Assembly: GCA_963834945.1 (NCBI GenBank) | Contig: CAWIDT010000006.1 | Location: 71,609 to 135,608 of the forward strand | From: an uncultured Alphaproteobacteria bacterium | GTDB lineage: Bacteria; Pseudomonadota; Alphaproteobacteria; Rhizobiales; Rhodomicrobiaceae | Length of the DNA stretch: 64,000 nucleotides | Direction: 5' to 3' | Shown: piece by piece, positions 62,143 through 64,000 of the stretch | Layout of the letters: every line of letters starts with the position of its first letter | Numbering within the stretch: the first letter of the stretch is position 1 | Notes under the pieces: model-generated | Databases searched by the model: none | Seen by the model: only the letters and a program-made list of their open reading frames with translations | What the model was told of the DNA's origin: nothing | Program-made: the position numbers and the translations under genes

Positions 62143-62157
62143 GCCGATCTGCGACCA

Positions 62158-62766
62158 ATGCAACTGGGCGGAATGGGCGAAGGACTTGGCGCTGAAGCGC
62201 TACGCGCGCCGATCGTAACGCGGCGGCTGGTCCTTCGCCCGCCCGTCGCGGCCGATCTCGTCGCGATTTCCCGGCTCATCAATGATCCAGTGATCGCGCA
62301 GAACACAACTCTTATACGCTACCCCTATCCTGTAATCTCAGGGCGACAATGGATCGCCTCCGCTCACGCGGCGGCAGCGGCTTCGTTCCATATTCCTTTT
62401 ATGATGACGCTACGATCCAATCCGCGCCTGATCGCGGGCAGCATCGGCATCAGCTTCGACTGTTCACAGATCCCGACCATTGGCTATTGGATCGCCAAGC
62501 CCTATCGGCGCCGGGGTTTTACCGCGGAGGCGGCGCGCGCCGTCATCCACTTAGCCTTTGCGCAGACCGATGCACCAGCCGTCGCCGCGAGCGCGAGAAC
62601 GTCGAACGTTGCGTCTCAGCGCGTACTGCGAGGCGCAGGAATGCGGCGCGTCGGTTATGGGCGGATCAATTCGGCTCAGCTCGGCCGCTATGTGCCCAGC
62701 GTCATCTATCGGCTGGACCGCGGCGCGTGGGAACAGACGCGGGTCTCGCCTCACGCAAGAGCATGA
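62158..62766 (+). CDS. RimJ/RimL-type GNAT acetyltransferase
   Basis: TRRLVLRP, IGYWIAKPYRRRGF, NVASQRVL; usual position after rpmA. Confidence 0.85.
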   Translation: MQLGGMGEGLGAEALRAPIVTRRLVLRPPVAADLVAISRLINDPVIAQNTTLIRYPYPVISGRQWIASAHAAAAASFHIPFMMTLRSNPRLIAGSIGISFDCSQIPTIGYWIAKPYRRRGFTAEAARAVIHLAFAQTDAPAVAASARTSNVASQRVLRGAGMRRVGYGRINSAQLGRYVPSVIYRLDRGAWEQTRVSPHARA

Positions 62767-62860
62767 TCGTTTCAAACGGAGCCGATCACGCTCTAGTATT
62801 CTTTGTTTTCGCACGATTTTTCGAGAAAACCGGTGTCTCCTTTTCCCGATCGTGCTCTAG
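62756..62860. repeat. RIME-like repeat type B copy 2
   Basis: Matches 35175-35270; ends GCTCTAG; overlaps GNAT stop. Confidence 0.85.
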
Positions 62861-62955
62861 GTTTGGCACCGCCGAAGCGCCGCAAATCGCGACCAGCCAG
62901 CATTTTAGCTTTGCATCGGATTATCCCAAGTGCGTAGATTTTTGGATCCGACGCA

Positions 62956-63438
62956 TCACGCCGCCTCGGGATCGCCGAGGGCATCGATCCGTGCGCCGGC
63001 CTCCTCGCCGAAAATCATCCGGAAGCCTTTGGCGGTGTCCATATATTCGCGCATGATGGCAATCAACCCGCCTTCCAGCTCGAAGATGAAGCAATAGTCA
63101 TTATCGTAGCGGCGCCCGTTGAACAGTGTCGCCCGCATGCGCTCCTCGACGATGACGACATTGCCGGCGGCATAGACGCCCCTGAAATCGATTGTCCGGT
63201 CATGCGGGAAAATCCTGGGCACCTCGTTGGCGATGAAATCGGCGATCCTGCCGGCGCCTTTGAGGCCGGTAGCACCGGTGAGATTGCCGCTCTCGTTCGC
63301 CACTAGCGCCGTTGCATTTCGATGCTGCGCGATCCAGACGGCGTCCTCGCGGAAATATTGGCGGATTTGCTCGGAATCGCGCGTCCCGAAGGCTTTCCAC
63401 GTGTCGATGATGATGCGCTTGTTTTCGTCAGCGGTCAT
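62956..63438 (-). CDS. SnoaL/NTF2-like protein
   Basis: ENKRII, DAVW, GNVVIVE, YDNDYCFIF, REYMDT; GGAG RBS. Confidence 0.85.
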   Translation of the reverse strand: MTADENKRIIIDTWKAFGTRDSEQIRQYFREDAVWIAQHRNATALVANESGNLTGATGLKGAGRIADFIANEVPRIFPHDRTIDFRGVYAAGNVVIVEERMRATLFNGRRYDNDYCFIFELEGGLIAIMREYMDTAKGFRMIFGEEAGARIDALGDPEAA

Positions 63439-63589
63439 GATTCGGTCTCCTTTCATTCTTGCAGTAGAAACCGCATGGATCGTCGGCCGTCTGGCGATTT
63501 CCGGACGGCATCGTCTCGGGCGCGCGGGACTGCTGACGATGTCCGAAAACCGCTAGACAATGCGCGGAGCGCTCGCCACATTCCAGCGC

Positions 63590-64000
63590 ATGGATATGGA
63601 TCATGACGCCTGCTACCGCGCGATCAGCCTGCGCGATGCCCGCTTCGACGGGCGGCTGTTCACCGGCGTGAAGACCACCGGCATCTATTGCCGGCCGATC
63701 TGCCCGGCGCGCACGCCGCTCTCGCATAATGTCACCTTCTACCCCACCGCCGCCGCCGCTCAGGAGGCCGGATTCCGCCCTTGCCTGCGCTGCCGCCCCG
63801 AAACCGCACCTGATCTGGGCGCGTGGCGCGGATCATCCAATACGGTGTCGCGCGCGCTGGCGCTTATCGAGTTGGGCGCGCTGGACGAGGCCGATGTGGA
63901 TACGCTGGCGGGCCGCCTCGGCGTGGGGGAGCGCCAGCTTCGGCGGCTGTTCCGGCAGCATCTTGGCGCATCGCCGGTCGCGGTCGCGCAGACGCGCCGC
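63590..64000 (+). CDS. Ada/AlkA-type bifunctional regulator-DNA glycosylase, 5' part
   Basis: MDMDHDACYRA..RDARFDG..GVKTTGIYCRPICPAR, GFRPCLRCRPE, AraC HTH ERQLRRLF; truncated by window edge. Confidence 0.9.
   Translation, partial: MDMDHDACYRAISLRDARFDGRLFTGVKTTGIYCRPICPARTPLSHNVTFYPTAAAAQEAGFRPCLRCRPETAPDLGAWRGSSNTVSRALALIELGALDEADVDTLAGRLGVGERQLRRLFRQHLGASPVAVAQTRR

Overview
GC-rich alphaproteobacterial chromosomal segment, probably Hyphomicrobiales (inferred from gene content and CTAG-bounded RIME-type repeats). It mixes housekeeping genes (ffh-rpsP-rimM-trmD-rplS-leuC, map, radC, tRNA-Cys, pccB/pccA, ivd, moaBE, thiD, rplU-rpmA) with accessory modules. The most striking module (7.7-18.5 kb, all minus strand, downstream of tRNA-Cys) encodes a 2Fe-2S/FAD/NAD(P)H oxidoreductase, a tetraheme c554-like cytochrome, a His-bearing membrane protein and a decaheme cytochrome c. 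These are followed by a ccmF-ccmH-ccmI set and a divergent enolase with altered active-site residues. Other notable items: a tandem gamma-carbonic-anhydrase protein whose halves carry complementary Zn ligands; a plcP-btaA-btaB lipid-remodelling cluster; an internally deleted TIM-barrel gene; L19 and L21 carrying the same C-terminal HhH-like domain; a small islet bounded by a duplicated leuC fragment; a regulator/cysteine synthase/PLP decarboxylase cassette; an OmpA protein with 75-bp tandem repeats; and a soxXA pair with no other sox genes nearby. Many genes from 42 to 61 kb carry single-base frameshifts, most likely sequencing or assembly errors. No CRISPR array, integrase or transposase was seen. 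All family assignments come from motif recognition by eye, not database searches.
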